Below, in pieces: positions 44,408 through 54,244 of a stretch of 64,000 nt of DNA; position 1 is the stretch's first letter, and each line of letters starts with the position of its first letter. This DNA is from Hyphomicrobiales bacterium (GTDB taxonomy: Bacteria; Pseudomonadota; Alphaproteobacteria; Rhizobiales; Aestuariivirgaceae). The position numbers were made by a program, and so were the translations under genes. The DNA lies in the NCBI GenBank assembly GCA_031430795.1, contig JANPCE010000057.1, positions 22,643 to 86,642 on the forward strand. The letters are read 5' to 3'. A model generated the notes under the pieces. The model was not told the DNA's origin and did not search any database. It saw nothing but the letters and a program-made list of their open reading frames with translations.

Positions 44408-45244
44408 ATGCAGAACACCTCCAGCCATTCAGAAATCATCGAACGTGTGCGACAGCGCTTTCCCTTCCCGCAGTACATGACGGGGGACCTTGCAGCCTAT
44501 TACACGGTGGCACGCGTGGTGTCGGAGCACCTCAAACCCGGTGACAGACTTCTCGACTTCGGCAGCGGCCCTTGTGACAAAACGGCAGTCGCTGCCGCTT
44601 TGGGAATTGTCTGCGATGCCGTCGACGACCTCCAAGATGACTGGCACTTGCGCGGCAACAATGTGAAAAAGATTGAGGATTTTGCCGGGGACAACAGCAT
44701 CAACTTCTCCCGGACCTTCAAGCCGGCACCAGCTGACACCTTCAACATGGTCATGATGAATGATGTGCTGGAACATATTGCCGATTCGCCCCGGGATTTA
44801 CTGCTCAGCCTGGTGAACAGCGTCAAGCCCGGCGGCTATTTGTTTCTCTACGTTCCCAACCTCGCCAACATCCGAAAGCGCGTTGACCTGATGCGCGGGC
44901 ACACCAATTTGCCGCGCTTTGACCTGTACTACTGGTACAAGGGACCCTGGCGGGGGCCACGCCGGGAATATGTGCGGGACGATCTCATCCGGCTGACGCA
45001 ACATCTCGGACTGGAGTTGACCAGTCTGCAAACCGTGCATCACATGTTGCACCGGGTGCCCGCGAAATTGAAGCCACTGTATAAATTGGCGACTTCAGTG
45101 TTCCCGGACTGGCGGGACACGTGGGTGTTGGTGGCGCGAAAGCCCATGGGCTGGCAGGCGAAACACACCCTTTCCGACGCCGATTTTGGCGAGATTTATG
45201 GCCAGGTGAACAAGAAGTCGCTCTACGCTGAAGCGGCAGACTGA
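44408..45244 (+). CDS. Class I SAM-dependent methyltransferase.
   Basis: Motif I LLDFGSGPCDK and MMNDVLEHI. ATG at 44408 is preferred over the TTG at 44396. Confidence 0.7.
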   Translation: MQNTSSHSEIIERVRQRFPFPQYMTGDLAAYYTVARVVSEHLKPGDRLLDFGSGPCDKTAVAAALGIVCDAVDDLQDDWHLRGNNVKKIEDFAGDNSINFSRTFKPAPADTFNMVMMNDVLEHIADSPRDLLLSLVNSVKPGGYLFLYVPNLANIRKRVDLMRGHTNLPRFDLYYWYKGPWRGPRREYVRDDLIRLTQHLGLELTSLQTVHHMLHRVPAKLKPLYKLATSVFPDWRDTWVLVARKPMGWQAKHTLSDADFGEIYGQVNKKSLYAEAAD

Positions 45245-45251
45245 CGCGTCG

Positions 45252-46079
45252 ATGCTGATTCAACAACGTGACGCCGCCTGGTGGTTCAAACTCAATGGTG
45301 CCCTGCGCTATGCCATCGCCCAAGGTGCTGCCAACGCATTTGGCACGCCCGTGGTCGTCACCGAATATCCCAAATCAGGCGGGACTTGGTTCAGCCAGAT
45401 GTTTGCGGCAGCCCTCGACGTGCCCTACCCGCGCAACCGCCTACCGCACCTGCGACGGCAGATCATCCATGGCTGTTATCTCAAATCTAGCCCTGGGGCA
45501 GACACGATGGTGGTATGGCGCGATGGGCGGGATATCATGGTGTCATACTATTATCACCTGATCTTTGAGAAACCGATCACCAGCGCCCGCTACAGCCGCT
45601 CCATCATCGCCAAGCTCGACATCAAGGACCAGCGCGACATCCAGCGCTATCTTCCGCGCTTTATTGAATGGTGTTACGCCGGAGGGTATCCATACTATTC
45701 ATGGACGCATTTTGTGCAGACTTGGCTTGCGCGTCAGGACGTACACCAAACCAGCTATGAAAAGGTCACGGAAAACCCCCTGCGTGAATTGCAGGCCGCA
45801 TTTGCGGCCTTTGGCTGGCCCTGTCCACCGGAGGAGAAGCTTAAGACGATCATCGCGGATTTCTCGTTTGAAGCGCAATCGGACAGGCCGCGTGGTGTCG
45901 AAGATGTGACAAGCTTTGTGCGCAAGGGCATCATCGGTGACTGGCAAAACCACTTCACGGGCGAGGCCTGCGAGGTGTTTGACCGCTTGGGCGGGGCTGA
46001 ACTCATCACACTTGGCTATGAAAAGGACCGGGGCTGGATCGAACGGCAAAAGAAATCGCTTGTTTCCCACGAAAGTTGA
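45252..46079 (+). CDS. Sulfotransferase (Sulfotransfer_1-like).
   Basis: The 5-prime-PSB loop EYPKSGGTWF (compare the canonical PKSGTTW) and a later VVWRDGRD. Confidence 0.7.
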   Translation: MLIQQRDAAWWFKLNGALRYAIAQGAANAFGTPVVVTEYPKSGGTWFSQMFAAALDVPYPRNRLPHLRRQIIHGCYLKSSPGADTMVVWRDGRDIMVSYYYHLIFEKPITSARYSRSIIAKLDIKDQRDIQRYLPRFIEWCYAGGYPYYSWTHFVQTWLARQDVHQTSYEKVTENPLRELQAAFAAFGWPCPPEEKLKTIIADFSFEAQSDRPRGVEDVTSFVRKGIIGDWQNHFTGEACEVFDRLGGAELITLGYEKDRGWIERQKKSLVSHES

Positions 46080-46168
46080 CTTGGGCGGGTGCATCACTTA
46101 CATCCCGGCGAAATGAGTTCAGGCGGCAAAACGCCTGATTTTGCCAATTCACGGGAAAGTCTGAAACA

Positions 46169-47173
46169 ATGACAGTGGCGCTGGTAACAGGTGGGACCGG
46201 GTCTTTTGGCCAGACCATGGTACACCATCTTCTGGCCCAGGGGACACGGGAAATCCGCGTGTTTTCCCGCGATGAGGAAAAACAGGATTCCATGCGCCGC
46301 AGCATGAATGATCCGCGCCTCAAGTTCTTCATCGGCGACATCCGCAACCGCGACAGTCTGTCCGCCCCCATGACGGGGGTCAACCATGTCTTTCATGCGG
46401 CGGCATTGAAACAAGTGCCGTCTTGCGAGTTTTTTCCACAGGAAGCCGTGGCCACAAATGTGATCGGCAGTGACAATGTCATCAGGACGGCAGTCGCGGC
46501 GGGTGTTGCGAGTGTTGTGTGCCTTTCCACGGACAAGGCCGTAATGCCGATCAATGCCATGGGCATTTCAAAGGCCATGATGGAGAAGCTGGTGGCTGCC
46601 CATGCGCGGCTGAACCCAGAAAGCCCGACTGTGGTTTCGTGCGTTCGCTATGGCAATGTGATGGAATCGCGCGGGTCTGTCATTCCGCATTTCATCCGGC
46701 AGATTGCAACAGGTCAAAGCATCACCATCACCAACCCGGAGATGACGCGGTTTCTGCTGGCCCTCCCCGAAACGGTTGGCCTCGTGGATTTTGCCTTCCA
46801 CAACGCAAAGCCTGGCGACATTTTCATCAAACGGGCACCCGCCTGCACCATGGGCGACCTAGCGGCGGCATTGATGAAGCTGTTCAACGCCAAGAACGAC
46901 ATCGTCCGCATCGGTGAACGGCATGGCGAAAAACTCTATGAGACTTTGGCCACCAAGGAAGAACTGTTGAACGCCGAGGACATGGGCGATTTCGTGCGCC
47001 TGCCGTGTGATGTGCGCGACCTCAACTACGACAAATATTTTTCCGAAGGCACGCTCGCCCGTCCCAACCGTGACGACTACCATTCCCACAACACCAAACG
47101 GCTAAATCAGGGCGACGTGGAAGCGTTGCTCGCCACCTTGCCGGGTGTGCGCAAGGCCATGGGCAAGTCCTGA
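46169..47173 (+). CDS. UDP-GlcNAc 4,6-dehydratase/5-epimerase of the CapE/FnlA/WbjB type.
   Basis: TGGTGSFG Rossmann motif and the family-specific MxxxK triad variant (AMGISKAMMEK) in place of YxxxK. Confidence 0.8.
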   Translation: MTVALVTGGTGSFGQTMVHHLLAQGTREIRVFSRDEEKQDSMRRSMNDPRLKFFIGDIRNRDSLSAPMTGVNHVFHAAALKQVPSCEFFPQEAVATNVIGSDNVIRTAVAAGVASVVCLSTDKAVMPINAMGISKAMMEKLVAAHARLNPESPTVVSCVRYGNVMESRGSVIPHFIRQIATGQSITITNPEMTRFLLALPETVGLVDFAFHNAKPGDIFIKRAPACTMGDLAAALMKLFNAKNDIVRIGERHGEKLYETLATKEELLNAEDMGDFVRLPCDVRDLNYDKYFSEGTLARPNRDDYHSHNTKRLNQGDVEALLATLPGVRKAMGKS

Positions 47174-48057
47174 TGCGAGTATTGATCCTTGGTGCGTCAG
47201 GACTGATTGGCCACAAGCTGTGGCAGGTGCTGGGCAAGCGGTTTGACGATGTGCACTGCGCGTTGCATGGCAGCCGAAAACCGCTGCAAAAGTACGCCTT
47301 GTTCAACAGCACCAAGGTGCACGAGAACCTTTCAGTCGAAAACTGGCGGTCCGTCGAGGCTTTGCTGGCGAAGGTGAAACCTGATGTGGTGCTGAACTGC
47401 GCGGGCATCACCAAGCGCCGCCCCATTGTCAGCGACGCCATTCACGCCATCACCGTCAATGCCCTAACCCCGCATCTGCTGGCGCGCTGGGCCGGCGGGA
47501 ACGAGGCACGTATCATCCATTTTTCAACGGATTGCGTTTTCGACGGCAAGGATGGTCCGTATACGGAGCAAAGCCCGACGACTGGCAAGGATGCCTATGG
47601 CCAGACCAAGGCGCTTGGCGAAATCCGCTATGACCATTGCCTGACGATCCGCTCTTCCTTCATTGGGCGGGAACTGTCTGTGCATTCGGAACTGCTGGAC
47701 TGGTTGCTGAATCAGAACGGCAAGAAGATCAAAGGATTCTCTGAGGCGTGGTACAGCGGCATATCAACACTTGAAATGGCCCGCATTGTGGGCGACATCA
47801 TTGAAAAAAAACCTGAACTCAGCGGCCTGCATCAACTCTCGACTGTGCAGCCCATTAACAAATATGACTTGCTGTGTGTGGCCCGGGATGCCTTCAAGCT
47901 TGATGTTGAAATTGTGCCTGATCCGTCATTCATCACGTTTCCAACCCTGGATTCCAGTTTGCTGCGCTCCAAAATGAAAATTGAAATCCCCACATGGCCT
48001 GAAATGATGGCAGCGCTGGCTGCCGATCCCACGCCCTATCCAAAGTTGCCGCTATGA
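47173..48057 (+). CDS. RmlD-like SDR sugar 4-reductase.
   Basis: ILGASGLIGHKL and YGQTK (YxxxK). 294 aa. TGATG overlap with the upstream gene. Confidence 0.7.
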   Translation: MRVLILGASGLIGHKLWQVLGKRFDDVHCALHGSRKPLQKYALFNSTKVHENLSVENWRSVEALLAKVKPDVVLNCAGITKRRPIVSDAIHAITVNALTPHLLARWAGGNEARIIHFSTDCVFDGKDGPYTEQSPTTGKDAYGQTKALGEIRYDHCLTIRSSFIGRELSVHSELLDWLLNQNGKKIKGFSEAWYSGISTLEMARIVGDIIEKKPELSGLHQLSTVQPINKYDLLCVARDAFKLDVEIVPDPSFITFPTLDSSLLRSKMKIEIPTWPEMMAALAADPTPYPKLPL

Positions 48058-49145
48058 CCCCAACACTCAAAGTTCCACAATTCCGTTCCTTCGTCGACAT
48101 GGCGGATTTCGAAAACATCCGGCAGGTTTTTGAGCGCAACTATATTGCGGAAGGGCCGATGGGCCTGCAGTTCAGGGACAAACTGCTTGAGGTCACGGGC
48201 TCGCCCCATGGTGTTTTGGCCAGCAACGGCACTGTGGCCATCTACATGGCCATGCGGGCGCTTGGCATCGGGCGCGGTGATGAAGTCATCGTGCAGAATG
48301 TCTCATTCATTGCGTCCGCCAACGGCGTGGAAATGGCCGGTGCCAAACCAGTCTTTGTTGATATTCCCGCGTTTGACGATCTCACCGTTGACCTGTCGAA
48401 AATCAAAGTGACGACGAAGACCAAGGCGATCATGATTGCCCACCTCTTTGGCACCGCCTGCAGCAACATTGAAGAGGTGGTGCAGTTCTGCAAGGACCAC
48501 AAGATCTATCTCATCGAAGATGCCGCACAGGCGCTCTATATCCGCAACGACAAGAAACATTGCGGCACTTTTGGAGACGTCGGAACATTCTCGTTCTATG
48601 CCGACAAGACCGTGACCACGGCTGAAGGCGGGTTTGTGTGCACCTCCCACGCAGACGTCAACGAACGCATGGTGCTGTTGCGCAACCAGGGCCGCAAAGC
48701 AAGTGGCTCATTCTTTCATCCCGAGATTGGCTACAATTTCCGGCTGACAGACTTGCAGTCCGCACTTGGGCTTTCGCAGATGGCGAAGATTGACGTGATC
48801 ATGCGCGAGAAGGCGAAGATCGGCGAGGCTTATGAAAGCCGCCTTGGCAACCGCGTGAGGTTTTTGAAACGCCGGCCGGATTTCAACTACATCCCTTTCC
48901 GTGTCATTGTCTTCGTCGACAATGCGGAGAAAACCATGACCCACATGGCAGCCCATGGCATTGAGCCGCGCACCATGTTCGTGCCGTTCCACGCCCAGCC
49001 CTGTTACAGCCACTACAAACTGAAAGAAAAAAACTTTCCGAATTCCGTCGAATGTTTCCGGCGCGGCATCTGCCTGCCAACATGGATCGGACTTTCGGAC
49101 GAACAGATCAACCACACCTGCGACCGGCTGCTCGAAGCGCTGTAA
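48054..49145 (+). CDS. DegT-family sugar aminotransferase.
   Basis: PLP-lysine context FSFYADKTVTTAEGG. ATGA overlap with the upstream gene. Confidence 0.85.
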   Translation: MTPTLKVPQFRSFVDMADFENIRQVFERNYIAEGPMGLQFRDKLLEVTGSPHGVLASNGTVAIYMAMRALGIGRGDEVIVQNVSFIASANGVEMAGAKPVFVDIPAFDDLTVDLSKIKVTTKTKAIMIAHLFGTACSNIEEVVQFCKDHKIYLIEDAAQALYIRNDKKHCGTFGDVGTFSFYADKTVTTAEGGFVCTSHADVNERMVLLRNQGRKASGSFFHPEIGYNFRLTDLQSALGLSQMAKIDVIMREKAKIGEAYESRLGNRVRFLKRRPDFNYIPFRVIVFVDNAEKTMTHMAAHGIEPRTMFVPFHAQPCYSHYKLKEKNFPNSVECFRRGICLPTWIGLSDEQINHTCDRLLEAL

Positions 49146-49159
49146 GGAACAAGAACACC

Positions 49160-50287
49160 ATGAAAGTCATGACCCTTGTGGGCACACGGCCTGAGATCAT
49201 CAAGCTCTCGCGTGTCATTGCGGAGCTCAGCAAATTCACTGAGCATGTGCTGGTGCATTCAGGACAGAACTACGACTACGAGCTGAATGAAGTTTTCTTC
49301 AAAGACCTCGGTGTGCCACGCCCCCATCATTTCCTCGAAGCCGCCGGCACCAATGCCGCCGAAACCATTGGGCAAGTGATTATCAAGGCTGACAAAGTGT
49401 TCGAGTTGGAAAAGCCGGATGCGTTGCTGCTTTACGGTGACACCAACTCGTGTTTGGCCGTGATACCGGCGAAGCGCCGCAGGATACCAGTCTTCCATTT
49501 TGAAGCAGGAAACCGCTGCTTTGACCAGCGCGTGCCGGAAGAACTCAACCGCAAGATCGTCGACCATCTCTCCGACATCAACATGCCATTGACCGAACAC
49601 GCCCGGCGCTATCTTCTGGCCGAAGGCATACGGCCCGACACCATCATCAAGACCGGCTCGCCCATGAAGGAAATTCTCACCCACCATATGGATGAGATCA
49701 AGGCGTCAGACATCTTGCAGCGGCTTGGCCTCACGCCCAAAAAATTCTTCATCGTTTCCGCCCACCGCGAAGAGAACATCGACTCGGATCAGAACTTCAA
49801 TGACCTGCTCGACAGTTTGAATGCAATCGCCAAGAAGCACGACATGCCGGTAATCGTGGCCACGCACCCGCGCACCATGAAAAAATTGCAGGCCCTGAAC
49901 CGAGGCGACCTTGACCCCCGCGTGCAATTCCAAAAGGCCATGGGCTTCTTCGACTACAACAAGCTGCAGATGGAAGCCTATTGCGTGATTTCCGACAGCG
50001 GCACGATCACCGAGGAAAGTTCCATCTTGAATGTGCCCGCCATCACCGTGCGCCAGGCCCATGAGCGGCCGGAAGGCATGGATGAGGGCATCCTCATCAT
50101 GAGCGGCCTCAAGCCCGTGGACGTGTTGCGCGCCATTGACGTGGTGACGTCGCAGCATGACCGCGAGCATCGTGTGTTCCGCCTTGTCGGCGATTATGAT
50201 GTGGATAATTTTTCCAAAAAGGTTGTCCGCATCGTGCTCAGCTACACAGAGTACATCAACCGCACGACGTGGCGGAAACGCCTGTAG
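49160..50287 (+). CDS. Non-hydrolysing UDP-N-acetylhexosamine 2-epimerase (WecB/FnlC-like).
   Basis: LVGTRPEIIK, GDTNS and HFEAGNRCFD. The start was moved to the ATG at 49160. Confidence 0.88.
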   Translation: MKVMTLVGTRPEIIKLSRVIAELSKFTEHVLVHSGQNYDYELNEVFFKDLGVPRPHHFLEAAGTNAAETIGQVIIKADKVFELEKPDALLLYGDTNSCLAVIPAKRRRIPVFHFEAGNRCFDQRVPEELNRKIVDHLSDINMPLTEHARRYLLAEGIRPDTIIKTGSPMKEILTHHMDEIKASDILQRLGLTPKKFFIVSAHREENIDSDQNFNDLLDSLNAIAKKHDMPVIVATHPRTMKKLQALNRGDLDPRVQFQKAMGFFDYNKLQMEAYCVISDSGTITEESSILNVPAITVRQAHERPEGMDEGILIMSGLKPVDVLRAIDVVTSQHDREHRVFRLVGDYDVDNFSKKVVRIVLSYTEYINRTTWRKRL

Positions 50288-50293
50288 CGTCCC

Positions 50294-51478
50294 ATGCGGA
50301 TCGTCATTTCCTACCGCTATTTCTGGCCTGACACGTCGCCTTACGCCATCATGCTCAAGGACATTGCAGCGTGGCTGGCGGAAGCGGGACATGATGTGAC
50401 AGTGTTGACAGCGCAACCCGCCTACAAGCCAATGGCTGGTGTGCCGAAACAGCCCGCAAGGGAGCAGATGCGCGGCTACACCGTGCGCCGTCTCCCGCTT
50501 TTGCCTGAAGGCGGGCGCACCATCTTCAAAGCCGTGAATGCGGCGCTGTTCGTTGTCATGTCTTCCTTGATCGTGCTGTTTGGACGCAAGCCTGACATTG
50601 TCTGGACGGCGACAATGCCACCCGTGCTGCAGGCCTTTGCGCTGCGTCTGGTGGGTGCCTTGCGGGGTGCGAAGTTCATCTATCATATGCAAGATATCCA
50701 CCCTGAGATCGCTGTATATTCCAACATCTCAAAGCCTGGGCTGTTGACCCGCCTGCTCACCTCACTTGACAGCTACACGCTCCGGCGCACGGCGCGCGCC
50801 ATGGTGTTGAGCACAGACATGCGGGACGCCGTCATTGCACGGGGTGTGCCGGAACACGTGCCGCAGGTTGTGCGCAATTTTTCGCTTGGCGTGAATTCAA
50901 AAATCAAACCCGCGACCGCGCCAAAACCCGGCGAAGCCGTGCGGTTTGTGTTTGCGGGCAATATTGGCCGTTTTCAGAACCTCGAGCCGTTGGTTGATGC
51001 GTTTGGACGGTTGAGCGATCCCATGCTGCAGCTCGATCTGGTTGGCGATGGTCGCGTGAAGGCGCTGCTCCAGAAACAGGTGCTGGAGAATGGTTATGAC
51101 AACATCCACTTTCATGACCACATGAGTGCTGATGATGCCTATGTTTTCATGTGCGGATGCCACGTCGGCCTGATTTCCCTGAGCCGCGAGCTTTACCGCT
51201 ACGCCTTTCCCTCCAAGCTGCTGACCTATATGGCAGCCAACCTTCCGATGTTTGCCATGGTGGAGGAGCACAGTGCCTTGGCACGCTTGTTGACGGACCG
51301 GAACATCGGCACTGCCGTTTCCTGGGATCGCAATGCCGATGAACTTTCCGCTGCAATCCGCGACATCGCAGCCAAGGCCAGAAGCGGGGTGATGCGCCCC
51401 GCTGAATGCTCCGACTATTATCTTCCTGAGGTGGCCAAGGCGACCTATCTCAAAGTGGTGGATGAGCTTGCGACATGA
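50294..51478 (+). CDS. GT4 glycosyltransferase (WbuB-like).
   Basis: MRIVISYRYFWPDTSPY N-terminus. It follows a CapE/2-epimerase cassette, as WbuB-type L-hexosaminyl transferases usually do. Confidence 0.75.
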   Translation: MRIVISYRYFWPDTSPYAIMLKDIAAWLAEAGHDVTVLTAQPAYKPMAGVPKQPAREQMRGYTVRRLPLLPEGGRTIFKAVNAALFVVMSSLIVLFGRKPDIVWTATMPPVLQAFALRLVGALRGAKFIYHMQDIHPEIAVYSNISKPGLLTRLLTSLDSYTLRRTARAMVLSTDMRDAVIARGVPEHVPQVVRNFSLGVNSKIKPATAPKPGEAVRFVFAGNIGRFQNLEPLVDAFGRLSDPMLQLDLVGDGRVKALLQKQVLENGYDNIHFHDHMSADDAYVFMCGCHVGLISLSRELYRYAFPSKLLTYMAANLPMFAMVEEHSALARLLTDRNIGTAVSWDRNADELSAAIRDIAAKARSGVMRPAECSDYYLPEVAKATYLKVVDELAT

Positions 51479-52338
51479 CCATGCGTCCCCTCATCATCAT
51501 CGGTGCAGGCCGCTCTGGGACCAACATCCTGCGGGACACACTGACGCAGATTCCGGGCTACGCCACATGGGATTGCGATGAGATCAATCTCATGTGGCGG
51601 CACGGCAATATCGGCATGCCGCACGACATGTTCAGTGCAAGGGAAGCGCGGCCCGGGGTTCAGCGCTACATGCAAAACGCCTTCGCCTCGTTCCAGCGCA
51701 AGTCCGGCGCCACAACCGTGGTCGAGAAAACCTGCGCCAACAGCCTGCGCGTGCCTTTCATCGACGCCATTTTCCCTGAAGCGCGCTATCTCTACATCGT
51801 GCGTGATGGCCGCGATGTGGCGTTGTCTGCGGCGCAGCGCTGGACGGCTTCGGTTGAAGCCAGATATCTCCTGAAGAAGTTGCGCCATGTCCCAATAACA
51901 GATGTGCCACATTATGGATTTCGTTTTCTTGCCAACAGGCTTCATCAGCGACGTTCGGTGGAAAAGCGACAGAAGGCCTGGGGCCCAGTGTTTCCCGGGA
52001 TGGCAGAGATGGTGAAGTCGAAGCCTCTGCTTGACGTTTGTGCGGCACAATGGGCGGCCTGCGTTGCGGCTACAGACGCGGCCCTTGCGGGCATGTCACA
52101 AAACAAAAAACTGAAGGTCACATATGAGGTACTGGTGTCTGATGCGGCGGGGACGATGCAAGCCATTTGCGAATGGTTGGGGCCAGGTGTTCCTGAGCAG
52201 CTGCCTTCGGCGGCGTTGAATGCCATTCATCAGGGATCACTCAATGGATGGAAGCGGAAACTCCAACAGTTTTCGCCTGAATCGCTGTCCACCATGTCGG
52301 CGGCGCTGAAAAGCCATGGCTATGAAGCTACCACTTGA
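51475..52338 (+). CDS. Sulfotransferase (Sulfotransfer_3-like).
   Basis: IIIGAGRSGTNILRD PAPS loop and VEKTCANS..ARYLYIVRDGRD, parallel to the protein at 24122-25057. Confidence 0.7.
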   Translation: MTMRPLIIIGAGRSGTNILRDTLTQIPGYATWDCDEINLMWRHGNIGMPHDMFSAREARPGVQRYMQNAFASFQRKSGATTVVEKTCANSLRVPFIDAIFPEARYLYIVRDGRDVALSAAQRWTASVEARYLLKKLRHVPITDVPHYGFRFLANRLHQRRSVEKRQKAWGPVFPGMAEMVKSKPLLDVCAAQWAACVAATDAALAGMSQNKKLKVTYEVLVSDAAGTMQAICEWLGPGVPEQLPSAALNAIHQGSLNGWKRKLQQFSPESLSTMSAALKSHGYEATT

Positions 52339-52957
52339 TCCCGCACAACGGCAGTTTGCGTTGTCGCCGGGGCAGGCCGCGCTGAAACGCGGGTTTGATC
52401 TCCTCGCTGCGGTGGCGCTCGCTCCGATCATTCTTCCGGCAACGCTTGTTCTCGTCATTTGCGCGCGCACCAGCACTGGCCAGAGTGGATTGTTCGCCCA
52501 ACACCGCGTCGGACTTTTTGGCGAGACGTTCACACTCTATAAAATCCGCTCCATGCGTCCCCTTGAAGGTTTCGACACGACTGTCACAACCATTGCCGAC
52601 CCGCGCATCACCCCGTTTGGGCGATTTGTCCGCCGCACCAAGCTGGATGAATTTCCCCAATTGTGGAATGTGTTGAAAGGTGACATGAGTTTTGTCGGGC
52701 CGCGGCCTGATGTTCCCGCAACCTATGCGAATTTGCCGGAGTCAGATTGCGCCCTGCTTTGCATGAGGCCCGGCATCACCGGACCCGCAACGATTTCTTT
52801 TCGCAACGAGGAAGAGGAACTGCACCAAGCTGCCGATCCCGAAGCCTATAACCGCGACGTGATCTTCCCGGCCAAGGTTGCAGCCAACCTGGCCTATGCG
52901 CGCAACTGGAACCTTGCCAACGATATCCGCATTTTACTGCGCACTGTTTTGAGATAG
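52316..52957 (+). CDS. Small polyprenyl-phosphate sugar-phosphate transferase (PglC/WbaP C-terminal type; initiating enzyme).
   Basis: KRGFDLL, one TM, LYKIRSM and KLDEFPQLWNVLKGDMSFVGPRP. Confidence 0.9.
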   Translation: MAMKLPLDPAQRQFALSPGQAALKRGFDLLAAVALAPIILPATLVLVICARTSTGQSGLFAQHRVGLFGETFTLYKIRSMRPLEGFDTTVTTIADPRITPFGRFVRRTKLDEFPQLWNVLKGDMSFVGPRPDVPATYANLPESDCALLCMRPGITGPATISFRNEEEELHQAADPEAYNRDVIFPAKVAANLAYARNWNLANDIRILLRTVLR

Positions 52958-52966
52958 AGCTTCCCC

Positions 52967-54079
52967 ATGTTCGACATTTTCCTCTCTGCCCCGCACATCG
53001 GCGAAAATGAACAGGCGCTTGCCGCAGAAGCCCTGATGGCCAACCAGGGCAAGCCGGACCTGGCCATGCTGAAACGCTTTGAGCGCGAGCTTGCGGCCTA
53101 TACCGGATTCAAACATGTGGCCGCACTCTCCAGTGGAACAGCAGCCCTGCATCTGGCGCTGCTTGTCGCCGGTGTGCAGCATGGCGACGAGGTCTGGACG
53201 TCGTCGATGACTTTCATGGGCGGCGTGTCGCCGATTGTCTTTGTCGGCGCAACACCAGTGTTTTTTGATCTTGCCGCAGACAGCTGGACCATCAGCGTGG
53301 ACTTGATCGAGGAGGAAATGAACAAGGGCAGAAAACCCAAGGCCATCCTCTCAACCGATCTCTATGGCCAGGCTTGCGACATGGACCGGCTTTCGGCACT
53401 GTGCGAAAAACATGGCGTCGTCCTGATCAGTGACGCGGCGGAAACTTTGGGGGCCTTTCGCAATGGACGCCACGCCGGGCATGGCGCAAAAGCTGCGGCA
53501 CTTTCTTTCAACGTCAACAAGATCATCACCACCTTCGGCGGCGGCGCATTGATGTCGGACGACGAAGCTTTCATCAGGCGTGCCGAGTATTTTTCGACGC
53601 AGGCGCGCCAGCCCGCCATCCACTACCAGCACACCGAGATTGGCTACAATTACCGGCTTTCCAATGTTTCTGCTGCCATTGGCGTTGGCCAATTGCAAAA
53701 CATCGAGGCGCGGGTGGCGCGGCGGAGAGCCATTTTTGCCCGCTACCTCGAAGCGCTTGCAAAATTTCCAGCACTGCATTTCATGCCGGAGCCCAAAGGC
53801 AGCCGCAGCACCCACTGGCTCACCTGCCTTGAGGTCACTCTTCAATCGACGCGCACATCTCAACACATTCTCGACTTCTGCAAAGCAGCGCGGATCGAAA
53901 CGCGCCCTCTGTGGAAGCCGATGCATATGCAGCCGGTATTTGCCAACACCCGTTTCGTGGGGCCGGGCCTGTGTGAAAGGCTTTTCGCCAACGGCCTTTG
54001 CCTGCCTTCGGGAAGTGCGATGACTGATGTGCAGCAAACACGGGTGATCAATGCGGTGTCAGCAGCCTTGGCGGCATAG
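52967..54079 (+). CDS. DegT-family sugar aminotransferase (PglE/WbpE-like).
   Basis: PLP-lysine context LSFNVNKIITTFGGG. Confidence 0.85.
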   Translation: MFDIFLSAPHIGENEQALAAEALMANQGKPDLAMLKRFERELAAYTGFKHVAALSSGTAALHLALLVAGVQHGDEVWTSSMTFMGGVSPIVFVGATPVFFDLAADSWTISVDLIEEEMNKGRKPKAILSTDLYGQACDMDRLSALCEKHGVVLISDAAETLGAFRNGRHAGHGAKAAALSFNVNKIITTFGGGALMSDDEAFIRRAEYFSTQARQPAIHYQHTEIGYNYRLSNVSAAIGVGQLQNIEARVARRRAIFARYLEALAKFPALHFMPEPKGSRSTHWLTCLEVTLQSTRTSQHILDFCKAARIETRPLWKPMHMQPVFANTRFVGPGLCERLFANGLCLPSGSAMTDVQQTRVINAVSAALAA

Positions 54080-54244
54080 GACGACTGTTTGCAATGAATC
54101 CGCAACATCTCAAGATCAATGCAAAGCGAGAATGTTTCCTTGCGTTGGGTTTGTTGCATTGCCTTTTCGGTTACCCTATCATGGACCAGCGAGGGGTCGC
54201 GATTTCAGGGACCGGAAGGTGTTGAATCTTTCGGCGCGTCAATA

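Noticed and set aside
49706-50701. A 331-aa minus-strand ORF.
   Set aside because: It is antisense to the well-supported 2-epimerase and GT4 genes, and its product is His/Arg/Gly-rich with no motifs.
54119-54244. A 42-codon extension at the start of the first RTX ORF.
   Set aside because: The peptide (MQSENVSLRWVCCIAFSVTLSW..) is unlike the rest of the protein. The ATG at 54245 opens the region with consistent composition. The choice remains uncertain.
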